Shown: positions 6,333 to 6,400 of the stretch, piece after piece
How the letters are laid out: every line of letters begins with the position of its first letter
Position numbering within the stretch: the first letter of the stretch is position 1
Assembly: GCF_006345805.1 (NCBI RefSeq)
Contig: NW_021829356.1
Location: 1-6,400 of the forward strand
DNA length: 6,400 bases
DNA from: Octopus sinensis
Lineage: Eukaryota
Direction of reading: 5' to 3'
Position numbers and translations under genes: made by a program
The notes under the pieces: model-generated
What the model saw: the letters and a program-made list of their open reading frames with translations, nothing else
Databases searched by the model: none
Told to the model about the DNA's origin: nothing

Positions 6333-6400
6333 ACTCTCTCTGCATCTCTTTTCATCTCTCTCTTTTCACCATTCCCTCTCCCTTTCTCTCTCTTTCTTTC
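6333..6400. repeat. Degenerate (CT)n polypyrimidine tract
   Basis: Nearly all C/T to the window end. Confidence 0.75.

Overview
AT-rich, microsatellite-dense, non-coding eukaryotic DNA with no supportable protein-coding gene. Every listed ORF comes from simple repeats, SINEs or a retroelement remnant. The SINE family present is one I recognise from octopus genomes, so a coleoid cephalopod origin is inferred but not proven. The window contains: (i) a 34-bp minisatellite and a degenerate ACN-triplet array (1-1135), interrupted by a 130-bp 3' fragment of an RTE-clade LINE with a (TGA)n tail and 12-bp target-site duplication; (ii) about 3 kb of (TA)n/(CA)n/(CATA)n mosaics with several local duplications; (iii) a retroelement cluster at 4404-6247 with a highly diverged SINE head, two near-complete tRNA-type SINEs arranged tail-to-tail, and two further SINE tail fragments. 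The most notable feature is a fold-back at 4832-4999 with a perfect 51-bp stem and a 15-nt spacer. Each arm encodes a minimal type I hammerhead-ribozyme-like fold with a variant core (CCGAUGA...GAAAC, palindromic helix III, GUA cleavage triplet), followed by AATAAA. The two copies point away from each other on opposite strands, as expected for inverted Penelope-like pseudo-LTRs.
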